A DNA stretch of 64,000 nt from a bacterium. GTDB lineage: Bacteria > RBG-13-61-14 > DATKZS01. The position numbers were made by a program, and so were the translations under genes. Below the pieces are notes generated by a model, which was not told the origin of the DNA, searched no databases, and saw only the letters and a program-made list of their open reading frames with translations. Where the stretch lies: NCBI GenBank assembly GCA_963674965.2, contig CAXXFL010000004.1:288001-352000 (forward strand). The letters run 5' to 3'. Below are positions 36,750 through 45,581 of this stretch, piece by piece; the stretch's first letter is position 1, and each line of letters starts with the position of its first letter.

Positions 36750-39700
36750 TTACTTGTAAACGACGAAGGTCGAGTCGCTGGCGACCTGGGTCTGAGCCAG
36801 ATCGACCTGCTGGACGTCGAAGTTGTTCCAGTCGAAGAGACCGGACTCGATTCCGCCGTACTCGTAATCATTAGTGTTGTAGACCAAGGTCGCGATCCGC
36901 CAGGATAGCTGCGTGGCGTTGCCGGCCGCTATGCCGTCGAACAGATCGGGGATTACGCCGGTGACGCCGTTAAGAGTCGTCGCTCCCGGGTCCACGTCGG
37001 GGACGTGAACGGTGATGGTGGCGCTGTCCAGGACTGGTCCGCTTACCGACCAGAAGTCGTTCTCTTTGCAGTGATAGCCGCCGGGAGGTCCGCCGGCCCA
37101 CTCGTCGATGATGCACATGCCGCGAGCCTGAGCGCGGATAACCCTGTAACGGATCAGGTTATCGCCCTCGAGACCCAGAGCGCTCCAGTCGGCGTTGACC
37201 GTCAAGAGCTCGTTGCTGAGCACTCCGGTGATCCTGCGCCTGGTGTTAAGCACGTTATGGCGCTCGCTGTTGATCCAGAGGGAGTCTCCAACCTGAACGC
37301 CCGCGTCCATAAACCTGGGGCCGTAGGAGCCCTGGGTGTCCTGGAAGTAACGAATGCCGCCGGTGGTATAAGCCCTGCCGTAGATGCTCGAAACCTTGGC
37401 CTTCGCGGAGAACTTGTCCTCGAAAGCGTTCGAGGTGCTTCCGTTGATGGTCATCACGTCCGCCTCGTACAGGGTGGATTCCCAGGCGTGTAGGGTCCTT
37501 GAAGTGTTGTTCACGAATCCGTTCACGCGGAACCTGAGGAAGAGCCTGTTCCAGTCGTCGCTGGTGTCGGCGATCATGGAGTTGCCCGCCAGGGTGGTGG
37601 TCATGTCCCTTCTCAACTCGCCGTTCCTGTTGCAGGTGGTCGAGTTGTTCGGGGTGTTGGACCACTGAGGGGCCGGATAGATGTAGCGGTCCGGGGACGG
37701 AGTGATGGCCCTGGGAAGGTTCAGGAAGTCGTCGATACGGATGTTCTCGTTGCCGCTGGACTCGGGAGCACCGATGCTCCAGACGGTGACGAGCGAACCG
37801 GGGTTCGATCCGATTTCGAGAAGTCCGCCTTCAACCAGGCCCGCGTCGCCGGTCGGCGTGTTGGTGAGCGATCCTCTGGAGAGCACGTGGATGACCGCGT
37901 AGTTGGTGGGACCGCCGTCCTGCCTGGCCTGGAAGTCAATATAGGCCCCAGGCTCGGCCCAGGTCGAATTGAGACCGGAGTGCTGAATGCTCACGACCTC
38001 GGTGTCGGCGCTGCCGGACCAAGGCCTGATGTCGCGGCTGCCCATCTTGGTGCCGGACGACTGGAAGAAGCCAACCTGGAAGATGGTGAACTCGGCGTCG
38101 TCGATCTTGATGTTGAGGGAAAGACCCGTAACGCCAATACCGGTTCCCACGCCGAAGTCCGCGCCGCTGGCTATGATCTGACTCTTCCTGTAGAAGCGGT
38201 CGTCCCAATCGGTGCCAAGCTCGGAGTCGGTGCGGTTGGGTATGGCGTACTGGTAGCCAAGCTGCCTAACCGAGTCTCTCCTGGCCGGGTCGATGGGAAG
38301 GTCCGAGTCGACGGTGAAGAGTATCTTCCGGTTGACGCCGGTGTCCGGGTCGTAGCCGTAGACGTCATTGTCCCAGTTTTCACGAATGTTGTATCTAAAG
38401 TTGGCCGCCGTGCCGGTGGCGATGATGGTCTCGCCGTTTATCAGGCCGGCGGGCACCGTGGCCTGGGTTAGGCCGATCGCGCATCCGTAGATCGGGAACG
38501 CGAAGAGGTCCAGACCGCCCGTAACCGAGAAGTTGGTGGCGTTGGCCAAGGCGCCAACGTTCCAGACTATCCTGTTTTCACCCGGAGTGTAGGTCCAGAT
38601 TTCCCACGAGGTCTTACCCGGATTGCTGGTCCAACTGTTGCAAGGCACGGTCCAGTTGTTGCGCACGATCTCGGGAGCGACGAGGTTGACGGGCAAAGCG
38701 GCTTTCAGGGCCACCTCGATGCTGTCAAGGTTGTCCAGACACAGGGATATGGATATCTCGTTGTCGGGCGTCATGAGAAGGTTGTCAAGGCCGCCGCTGA
38801 TCTGGTCGGTGCTCTTGAGCGTGGGAATCACGATGGCGGCGCGCAGGTAGACCGGGGGCGCGAAGAGCCGCCTGGCCCTTTCTTGCCTTTGAGCCGCGAT
38901 GTTGCTGTTAAAGGAAGCTATTGGGATGCTGCCCTGAATCCTGCCTTTGTACCTGCCGATCTGGGCGCCCTTGTTGAGCTTGAGATCGAGAGCGAGGTCG
39001 CTGGCGTCAAGGCCGTACCAGCTACGATACGCGAAGTTGCTGTAGTTGCCCGCGCGATACTGAGCAAGGCTGGCGCCTTCCTCCATCTTCGGGCAACGCT
39101 CGCCGCCGCACTTGTAGCCCATGGTAATCTCGTCGATGGGCAGAGGATCGAGGGTCATGGTCAGGTTGCCGGTGGCGTCCGTGAAGTATTCCCTCAGCGT
39201 GCCGCCCTGGATGACCTGGACGTAGACCTTGCCGGCGATAGGAATGTTCCTGTCGTTGTCAACGGCGGTCAGGGTGACCGTGCCGTCGCCGACGCTCGAG
39301 GCGCCACTGTCGTAATCGAGGCCGCCCACGTAGCCGCCGCCAACGCCGCCGGTGCTGGGAGCGCTGGACCAGGCCGTGTGCAGGCTGCCACTGGCGCTGT
39401 CGTTGCCATAGGCGTTGCTGACCGCGATCGAGCAGTTGTAGTCGTCGTCGCCGTTGTAAGAGCTAGTCGGCACGCACTGGGCGTCCGGCCAGTTGGTCAG
39501 GTTGCAGTTGAAGTTCACAACCGAGGAGTCCGACACCGAGGTGCAGGTCACGGTCGAACCGGTCGGCTGTCCTTCTCCAGCGTCGAATACCACCGTCAGG
39601 TTCTGGTTAACGTGAGCGTTCAGCCTGAACCTGTCAGCGTAATCCAGCGGGAACACCGACAGAATCACCGGGGCTGAGCCGCCGCTTACTATGATATCGG

Positions 39701-42700
39701 TCTCGTCATATCCGCCGGCATAAGTGGCGGAAATCGTTGCCGATCCGGGAGTACTCCCAGCAGAATAGGTCGGATTGGAGAAACTTCCGACGCCGGAATG
39801 ACTAAGAGAGGCGCCGCAGTCATCCACGCAACCATCGCCAAAGTCGGCCGAGCAGGAGAAAACGGTCGATCCACCGGTCGATAAAGTAACGGTGCTGTCC
39901 GGCTGCACGTCCACGGTGGCCGTGGTCTCGTTGTTGATGGCCTGGGCGGTGAAGTCGTCGTTGATCGCGCCGCCGCAGGTGGCCGTGTAGGTGTAGTCGC
40001 CGCAAGCCTCGTCGGTCACGTTGTCCGTGTCGTCGCAGCCCTGGCCGTCGGTGCAAAGGCAGGTGGCCACGCCGCGGTCGCAACCGTCAACGCTGGACTC
40101 GTAGTTGGCCGTGCAGTTGATGGCCGTGCCGTCGTTAACGTCCGAGCAGGAGCCAACGACCGAGTCGGCCGCGTCGTTGTCCGTAAAGGACGCCGTGAAG
40201 TCGTCGTTGATCGCGCCGCCGCAGGTAGCCGTGTAGGTACCCGGGGCGCAGCCCTCGTCAACCACGTTGTCAACGTCGTCGCAGCCCTGGCCGTCAGAGC
40301 ATACGCAGGAAGCCGCGCCGCGGTCGCAACCGTCAACGCTGGACTCGTAGTTGGCCGAGCAGGAGATGGCGTCGCCGTCGTCAACGCTCGAGCAAGAACC
40401 CACGACCGCGTCGGCCGCGTCGTTGTCGGTGTAAGAGGCGGAGAAGTCGTCGTTGAGGGTCGAGCCGCCGCAGGTAGCCGTGTAGGTACCCGGGGCGCAG
40501 CCCTCGTCAACCACGTTGTCAACGTCGTCGCAGCCCTGGCCGTCAGAGCATACGCAGGAAGCCGCGCCGCGGTCGCAACCGTCGACGCTGGACTCGTAGT
40601 TGGCCGAGCAGGAGATGGCATCGCCGTCGTCAACGCTCGAGCAGGAACCCACGACCGCGTCGGCCGCGTCGTTGTCCGTGTAAGAGGCGGAGAAGTCGTC
40701 GTTGAGGGTCGAGCCGCCGCAGGTAGCCGTGTAGGTACCCGGGGCGCAGCCCTCGTCAACCACGTTGTCAACGTCGTCGCAGCCCTGGCCGTCAGAGCAT
40801 ACGCAGGAAGCCGCGCCGCGGTCGCAACCGTCGACGCTGGACTCGTAGTTGGCCGAGCAGGAGATGGCATCGCCGTCGTCAACGCTCGAGCAGGAACCCA
40901 CGACCGCGTCGGCCGCGTCGTTGTCCGTGTAAGAGGCGGAGAAGTCGTCGTTGAGGGTCGAGCCGCCGCAGGTAGCCGTGTAGGTACCCGGGGCGCAGCC
41001 CTCGTCAACCACGTTGTCAGTGTCGTCGCAGCCCTGGCCGTCAGAGCAGGTGCAGGAAGCCGCGCCGCGGTCGCAACCGTCGACGCTCGACTCGTAGTTG
41101 GCCGAGCAGGAGATGGCGTCGCCGTCGTCAACGCTCGAGCACGAACCCACGACCGCGTCGGCCGCGTCGTTGTCCGTGTAAGAGGCGGAGAAGTCGTCGT
41201 TGAGGGTCGAGCCGCCGCAGGTGGCCGTGTAGGTACCCGGGGCGCAGCCCTCGTCAACCACGTTGTCCGCGTCGTCGCAGCCCTGGCCGTCAGAGCAGGT
41301 GCAGGAAGCCGCGCCGCGGTCGCAACCGTCAACGCTGGACTGGTAGTTGGCCGAGCAGGAGATGGCGTCGCCGTCGTCAACGCTCGAGCACGAACCCACG
41401 ACCGCGTCGGCCGCGTCGTTGTCCGTGTAAGAGGCGGAGAAGTCGTCGTTGAGGGTCGAGCCGCCGCAGGTCGCCGTGTAGGTACCCGGGGCGCAGCCCT
41501 CGTCAACCACGTCGTCAACGTCGTCGCAGCCCTGGCCGTCAGAGCAGGTGCAGGAAGCCGCGCCGCGGTCGCAACCGTCAACGCTGGACTGGTAGTTGGC
41601 CGAGCAGGAGATGGCGTCGCCGTCGTCAACGCTCGAGCAGGAACCCACGACCGCGTCGGCCGCGTCGTTGTCCGTGTAAGAGGCGGAGAAGTCGTCGTTG
41701 AGGGTCGAGCCGCCGCAGGTGGCCGTGTAGGTACCCGGAGCGCAGCCCTCGTCAACCACGTCGTCAACGTCGTCGCAGCCCTGGCCGTCAGAGCAGGTGC
41801 AGGAAGCGGCGCCGCGGTCGCAACTGTCGGCCGAGGACTCGTAGTTGGCCGTACAGGAGATGGCCTCGCCGTCGTCAACCGCCGAGCAGGAGCCGACAAC
41901 CGTGTCGGCCACGTCGTCGTCGGCCACGTCCACGGTGGCGCCGTCGCTGAGGGAGCTGTAATCCGCGGTAACCACGCACTGGTAGGCGGAGCATCCCTCG
42001 GGGGCCTGAATGAGGCCGGCGCTAAGCAGGGTGCATCCACCGCTAACGCCCCAGGTGGCGGCCGAGGTCACGTCGCCGTCCACGCTGTGGGTTGCGGTAA
42101 GGGAGAGGGTCTCGCCGTCGTTGATCGACGCGGTCGAGGGGGCGACGGTGAGAGTGGCTGGAGGCACGGAGCCTCCTGGCAGAACGCTTACGAGCGCTCC
42201 GAGTATCTGCGTGTCGAACCTTCCGCCCTGTACTCCAAACTCGGAGTCGGCCGGAATGCGGGCCTGCACCTCGATGGTGTTGCCGCAGGTCATCTTGTGC
42301 AGGATGACGGAGGCGGGAGCGGCGGTGGCGCCGTTCCAGGCCCCGGTGTATCCGTAGGCCGCGGCCTCGGTAACCGTCTGGTTCTTGCCGCCGAAGGCGA
42401 CGGGCGTCGGGTCGAGGCCCTCGATGCGGGCCGCCGTGCATCCGCCCACCACCTCGAACACGACTCCCCAGCCGGCGCCGGGAATATTGGCCGTGTTGGC
42501 GGAGACGTTGCGCCTGTAGACGATCGCCTCGAGGGTAATGGTGTCGGCAGTTCCCATGTCGATGACGGTGGCTCCGTCAACGAGCGTCCAGGGCGCGCCG
42601 CTGTAGGCTATGCCCGTCGGGTAGGCCAGGTTAACCCAACCCTGTAGTCTCGAATAATCGAGAGGTGAAACGTTCTGGTCGCCGTCAAGGTCCTGGACTT

Positions 42701-42923
42701 GCCAGCTTGCCGGTTTACACCCCGCGTATCCACCCGAGCTAGACGCAAGTTGCGTCTTCATCTGAGTAGCGTCCAGAGGGTCTATAATTCCGTCGCACGC
42801 GCCCGCGTCGCCGAAATAGTTGGACCCTGGGAGCTCCTCTTGGGCGAATACTGGAGTGGCTACCAGACCCACGGCGAACAGCAGGGCTATCGCCATGGAA
42901 ATAAAGCCAAACCTTTTCATCAT
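36750..42923 (-). CDS. Giant secreted surface/S-layer-like protein (~2057 aa): signal peptide, N-terminal dockerin-like + Ig-like module, eight Cys-rich 83-aa repeats, large unknown C-terminal region
   Basis: AAGGAG SD before ATG 42923; signal peptide ends VFA. Dockerin-like GDAGACDGIIDPLDATQM..DLDGDQNVSPLDYSRL. Confidence 0.9.
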   Translation of the reverse strand: MMKRFGFISMAIALLFAVGLVATPVFAQEELPGSNYFGDAGACDGIIDPLDATQMKTQLASSSGGYAGCKPASWQVQDLDGDQNVSPLDYSRLQGWVNLAYPTGIAYSGAPWTLVDGATVIDMGTADTITLEAIVYRRNVSANTANIPGAGWGVVFEVVGGCTAARIEGLDPTPVAFGGKNQTVTEAAAYGYTGAWNGATAAPASVILHKMTCGNTIEVQARIPADSEFGVQGGRFDTQILGALVSVLPGGSVPPATLTVAPSTASINDGETLSLTATHSVDGDVTSAATWGVSGGCTLLSAGLIQAPEGCSAYQCVVTADYSSLSDGATVDVADDDVADTVVGSCSAVDDGEAISCTANYESSADSCDRGAASCTCSDGQGCDDVDDVVDEGCAPGTYTATCGGSTLNDDFSASYTDNDAADAVVGSCSSVDDGDAISCSANYQSSVDGCDRGAASCTCSDGQGCDDVDDVVDEGCAPGTYTATCGGSTLNDDFSASYTDNDAADAVVGSCSSVDDGDAISCSANYQSSVDGCDRGAASCTCSDGQGCDDADNVVDEGCAPGTYTATCGGSTLNDDFSASYTDNDAADAVVGSCSSVDDGDAISCSANYESSVDGCDRGAASCTCSDGQGCDDTDNVVDEGCAPGTYTATCGGSTLNDDFSASYTDNDAADAVVGSCSSVDDGDAISCSANYESSVDGCDRGAASCVCSDGQGCDDVDNVVDEGCAPGTYTATCGGSTLNDDFSASYTDNDAADAVVGSCSSVDDGDAISCSANYESSVDGCDRGAASCVCSDGQGCDDVDNVVDEGCAPGTYTATCGGSTLNDDFSASYTDNDAADAVVGSCSSVDDGDAISCSANYESSVDGCDRGAASCVCSDGQGCDDVDNVVDEGCAPGTYTATCGGAINDDFTASFTDNDAADSVVGSCSDVNDGTAINCTANYESSVDGCDRGVATCLCTDGQGCDDTDNVTDEACGDYTYTATCGGAINDDFTAQAINNETTATVDVQPDSTVTLSTGGSTVFSCSADFGDGCVDDCGASLSHSGVGSFSNPTYSAGSTPGSATISATYAGGYDETDIIVSGGSAPVILSVFPLDYADRFRLNAHVNQNLTVVFDAGEGQPTGSTVTCTSVSDSSVVNFNCNLTNWPDAQCVPTSSYNGDDDYNCSIAVSNAYGNDSASGSLHTAWSSAPSTGGVGGGYVGGLDYDSGASSVGDGTVTLTAVDNDRNIPIAGKVYVQVIQGGTLREYFTDATGNLTMTLDPLPIDEITMGYKCGGERCPKMEEGASLAQYRAGNYSNFAYRSWYGLDASDLALDLKLNKGAQIGRYKGRIQGSIPIASFNSNIAAQRQERARRLFAPPVYLRAAIVIPTLKSTDQISGGLDNLLMTPDNEISISLCLDNLDSIEVALKAALPVNLVAPEIVRNNWTVPCNSWTSNPGKTSWEIWTYTPGENRIVWNVGALANATNFSVTGGLDLFAFPIYGCAIGLTQATVPAGLINGETIIATGTAANFRYNIRENWDNDVYGYDPDTGVNRKILFTVDSDLPIDPARRDSVRQLGYQYAIPNRTDSELGTDWDDRFYRKSQIIASGADFGVGTGIGVTGLSLNIKIDDAEFTIFQVGFFQSSGTKMGSRDIRPWSGSADTEVVSIQHSGLNSTWAEPGAYIDFQARQDGGPTNYAVIHVLSRGSLTNTPTGDAGLVEGGLLEIGSNPGSLVTVWSIGAPESSGNENIRIDDFLNLPRAITPSPDRYIYPAPQWSNTPNNSTTCNRNGELRRDMTTTLAGNSMIADTSDDWNRLFLRFRVNGFVNNTSRTLHAWESTLYEADVMTINGSTSNAFEDKFSAKAKVSSIYGRAYTTGGIRYFQDTQGSYGPRFMDAGVQVGDSLWINSERHNVLNTRRRITGVLSNELLTVNADWSALGLEGDNLIRYRVIRAQARGMCIIDEWAGGPPGGYHCKENDFWSVSGPVLDSATITVHVPDVDPGATTLNGVTGVIPDLFDGIAAGNATQLSWRIATLVYNTNDYEYGGIESGLFDWNNFDVQQVDLAQTQVASDSTFVVYK
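39932..41921 (-). repeat. Eight tandem ~249-bp coding repeats (83 aa, 8 Cys each)
   Basis: gagaagtcgtcgttgagggtc recurs at 40441, 40690, 40939, 41188, 41437 and 41686 (period 249), plus two variant units. Confidence 0.95.
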
Positions 42924-43057
42924 AATTTGCTCCTTTCTTTCCTTTTGATTAAAAGCCAAATCCCCAAAAACCTAAAACAACTGATAACCTTGATAAAACC
43001 ATAATAAAACCTTGTAAAACCCTTGACCCTATATAAAAAGCTTCCAGGCCGAAATTT

Positions 43058-43073
43058 TGCAAATTCCGTGCCC
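43058..43073 (-). promoter_or_regulatory. Sigma54 (-24/-12) promoter for the 36750-42923 gene
   Basis: Minus strand GGGCACGGAATTTGCA is GG-N10-GC and matches TGGCACG-N4-TTGCW at all but one base. Confidence 0.75.
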
Positions 43074-43964
43074 TTTGATTGCCAAAATCCCAGCGCCTTT
43101 ATTAACGGCTTCTAATGACAAGATAAATTCCTTTTCATCCCCTTTCAGTCCCTGATCAATTTTTACTAAACCCTTTACTTTTTTACTAGTTACAACCCGT
43201 TTAACTATGAAAACATTTCATAAACATGCTTTTCGGGCGTTCTTCTCGCCCACTATGGCAATACCGACTAATAGCAAACCTGCAAAGCAATGTCAAGAAA
43301 AAAACCATATTATGTTAATGAAATTTAATTTTCTCTTTTATTACGGCCATTTATTTTTTAATAAAAAGAAAGTTCAAAAATTGGCGCCAAAATTAATTAA
43401 GGGGCAAGGTCCAAAAAAACCATGCCAACAAATATGCAAATATTTCATAGGGTAAGCGAACACCTTTAGATGCGGGCGCTGAATATCGGTTCAATTTTCT
43501 AACCCCTTTGCGGCATATAATTTAACGCTAGGTAAAATATTTTAAAAACTACCCTATCTGTCCATTAAGATTGAATATTATCCTTACCCCATCCAGCCGA
43601 CCATAATACTTCGTTAATACCGGGCTAATACTTCTTTAATAATCCCTTTTATCAAACATATCGCGCCAACTCTTTTTTTTATGAATTTATGGTCAAGAGG
43701 CAAAGCATGGCGAAAAAATACCTTCAATCCCTGTTTTTTCCCTCCAACGGGCGCCAGCCAATCCATTTTCCATCCCCCACTCCTGGTGACGAGGCCCCAG
43801 GCCTTGGCCAAGGTCCGGGAAAAAAACCGCATCCGGTCAATTTTTCAGCGGTATCTTTATTGAAAATGGCTTGGTACTGTGATAGTAATAAAAGCGTGCC
43901 AATGGTTGGGAATAAAAGCGGCTTCCCTTTACCGCGCGATGGCCGCTCGCAAGGAGGATAATTA

Positions 43965-45551
43965 GTGGAAAGCATTTTCAGTCGTCTTGGCGGACGCGCC
44001 GGTTTGTGGTTTTTGGCGGCGCTTACATTTTCATTATTGCTTGCATCTCCCTCTTCCCGGGCCGGTTCCCTTTCGGAGTCTCAGATCAAGGTCGAGCAGT
44101 GCAAGGTCAAGTTCTCCGAGGGCGATTATAAGGAGGCCCTTGGCCTTGCCGCGGCGGCGGCGGAGGACGACCCGAGCAGCGTCGAGGCCCACCATTACGC
44201 GGGCCTTTGCTACATGGCCCTCAAGGAATATGACTCGGCCCTCGCCAGCCTGGAGAAGGCCGGCGCCCTCAGCCCTAACCAGGCCCTTCTCCAGGAGGAC
44301 GTCGCCTGGGCCGCCCTGTCGGCGGGCAAGAACGACAGGGCCATCGAGGCGGCGGAAGCGGCCCTTTCGATTACGCCCGACTCTGACCGGGCGTCGTTTT
44401 TAAAGGCCCAGGCTTTAATGAGCGAAAACCGCCACGACGAGGCCCTGGCCCTTTACAAGGAATTGTCCGGGTCGGAGGCTTACGGGCAGGCGGCTAACTA
44501 TTACGCCGGCTACTGCCTGGTCAAGATGGGCCGCACCCAGGAGGCGTCCGATTATTTCGACCTTGCGGCCTCCCTGGGCCCGGAGACGGAGATCGGCAAG
44601 GACGCGGCGGTTTACTCGAGGGCCCTGAAGAGCGGTGACGATCTCGAGGAGAAGAAGCCCTGGAGCGTCCGCGTGCGGCTTCTTTATCAGTACGACAGCA
44701 ACATCGTGCCGGTGGACGACGAGCAGAACCTTCCCGAGGACGTGGAAAACATGGAGGACGGCCGGGTGGTGCTTGACCTCGACGCGGCCTACCGGCTGGT
44801 GGACGAGACGAAATATGGAGCGCTGGTAAGATATATCGGCTATATTAATATGCACTCGAAGGAATCGGACGTGGACCTCATGTATCATCTCGGCCAGGTC
44901 TCGGGTTGGTATTACGTCAACGCGGGCCAAGTGCCCATGAAGTTCGGGATGGACCTCGATTACTCGACGGCCAGCGTTGGGGGCGAGGCTTACTCGAGCT
45001 ATCTTCGGGCCTCGCCCGAGGTCTCGGCCTGGTGGACGGAGACCATCCGCACGCGGGTGATACTCAGCTACATGAGCGAGTCTTTCAGCGACCCCATCTC
45101 CGACGACCACGCTGACCTGGAGGACGCCGACGACTATAACCGCGACAATACCAGGATGGGGGCGAGCCTTATCCAGCACGTTTACTTTTATGAGGGCCGG
45201 CTGAACGTTTGGGCGGGCTACTCCTACTCGACGATCGAGGCGGACGGGAAGAACTACACTCGGGACGTTTCCGGGCCCATGGTCGGCGCGGTGGCCCTTT
45301 TCCCGAGGGACATAATAGCCACGGCCATGTTCAGGAACGAGTCGCGCCAATACTCCGATTACGAGGTCAACGACGGCGACAAGCGCGAGGAGCTCATGAA
45401 CTCGGCCACCTTTTCCGTTCAGGTCCCCGTTTACAAGTGGATAAGCGCCTACGGCGGCGTCATCTGGCAGGAGGTTGACGGCAACGAGTCCAACGGCGTT
45501 CTCGACTACGACCGGCTGATCTACTCGATCGGCATGATAGGCGATTTTTAA
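43965..45551 (+). CDS. TPR-repeat + C-terminal beta-barrel outer-membrane protein (Slam/DUF560-like architecture)
   Basis: AGGAGG SD, signal peptide, several TPRs, YQYDSNI barrel-start motif, amphipathic strands, terminal Phe (IGMIGDF). Confidence 0.75.
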   Translation: MESIFSRLGGRAGLWFLAALTFSLLLASPSSRAGSLSESQIKVEQCKVKFSEGDYKEALGLAAAAAEDDPSSVEAHHYAGLCYMALKEYDSALASLEKAGALSPNQALLQEDVAWAALSAGKNDRAIEAAEAALSITPDSDRASFLKAQALMSENRHDEALALYKELSGSEAYGQAANYYAGYCLVKMGRTQEASDYFDLAASLGPETEIGKDAAVYSRALKSGDDLEEKKPWSVRVRLLYQYDSNIVPVDDEQNLPEDVENMEDGRVVLDLDAAYRLVDETKYGALVRYIGYINMHSKESDVDLMYHLGQVSGWYYVNAGQVPMKFGMDLDYSTASVGGEAYSSYLRASPEVSAWWTETIRTRVILSYMSESFSDPISDDHADLEDADDYNRDNTRMGASLIQHVYFYEGRLNVWAGYSYSTIEADGKNYTRDVSGPMVGAVALFPRDIIATAMFRNESRQYSDYEVNDGDKREELMNSATFSVQVPVYKWISAYGGVIWQEVDGNESNGVLDYDRLIYSIGMIGDF

Positions 45552-45581
45552 TTTCGGTCCGATCCAGAAAAGGAGGATCCC

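Noticed and set aside
39932-41921. Possible CRISPR array
   Set aside because: Units are 249 bp, in-frame coding and lack unique spacers; no cas genes.
40016-42040. 674-aa Thr/Ala/Arg/Pro repeat ORF
   Set aside because: Alternative frame of the 249-bp coding repeats; no SD or signal peptide.
43207-43975. Short ORFs in the AT-rich intergenic region
   Set aside because: Atypical composition, mutually overlapping, and no convincing SD or motifs.
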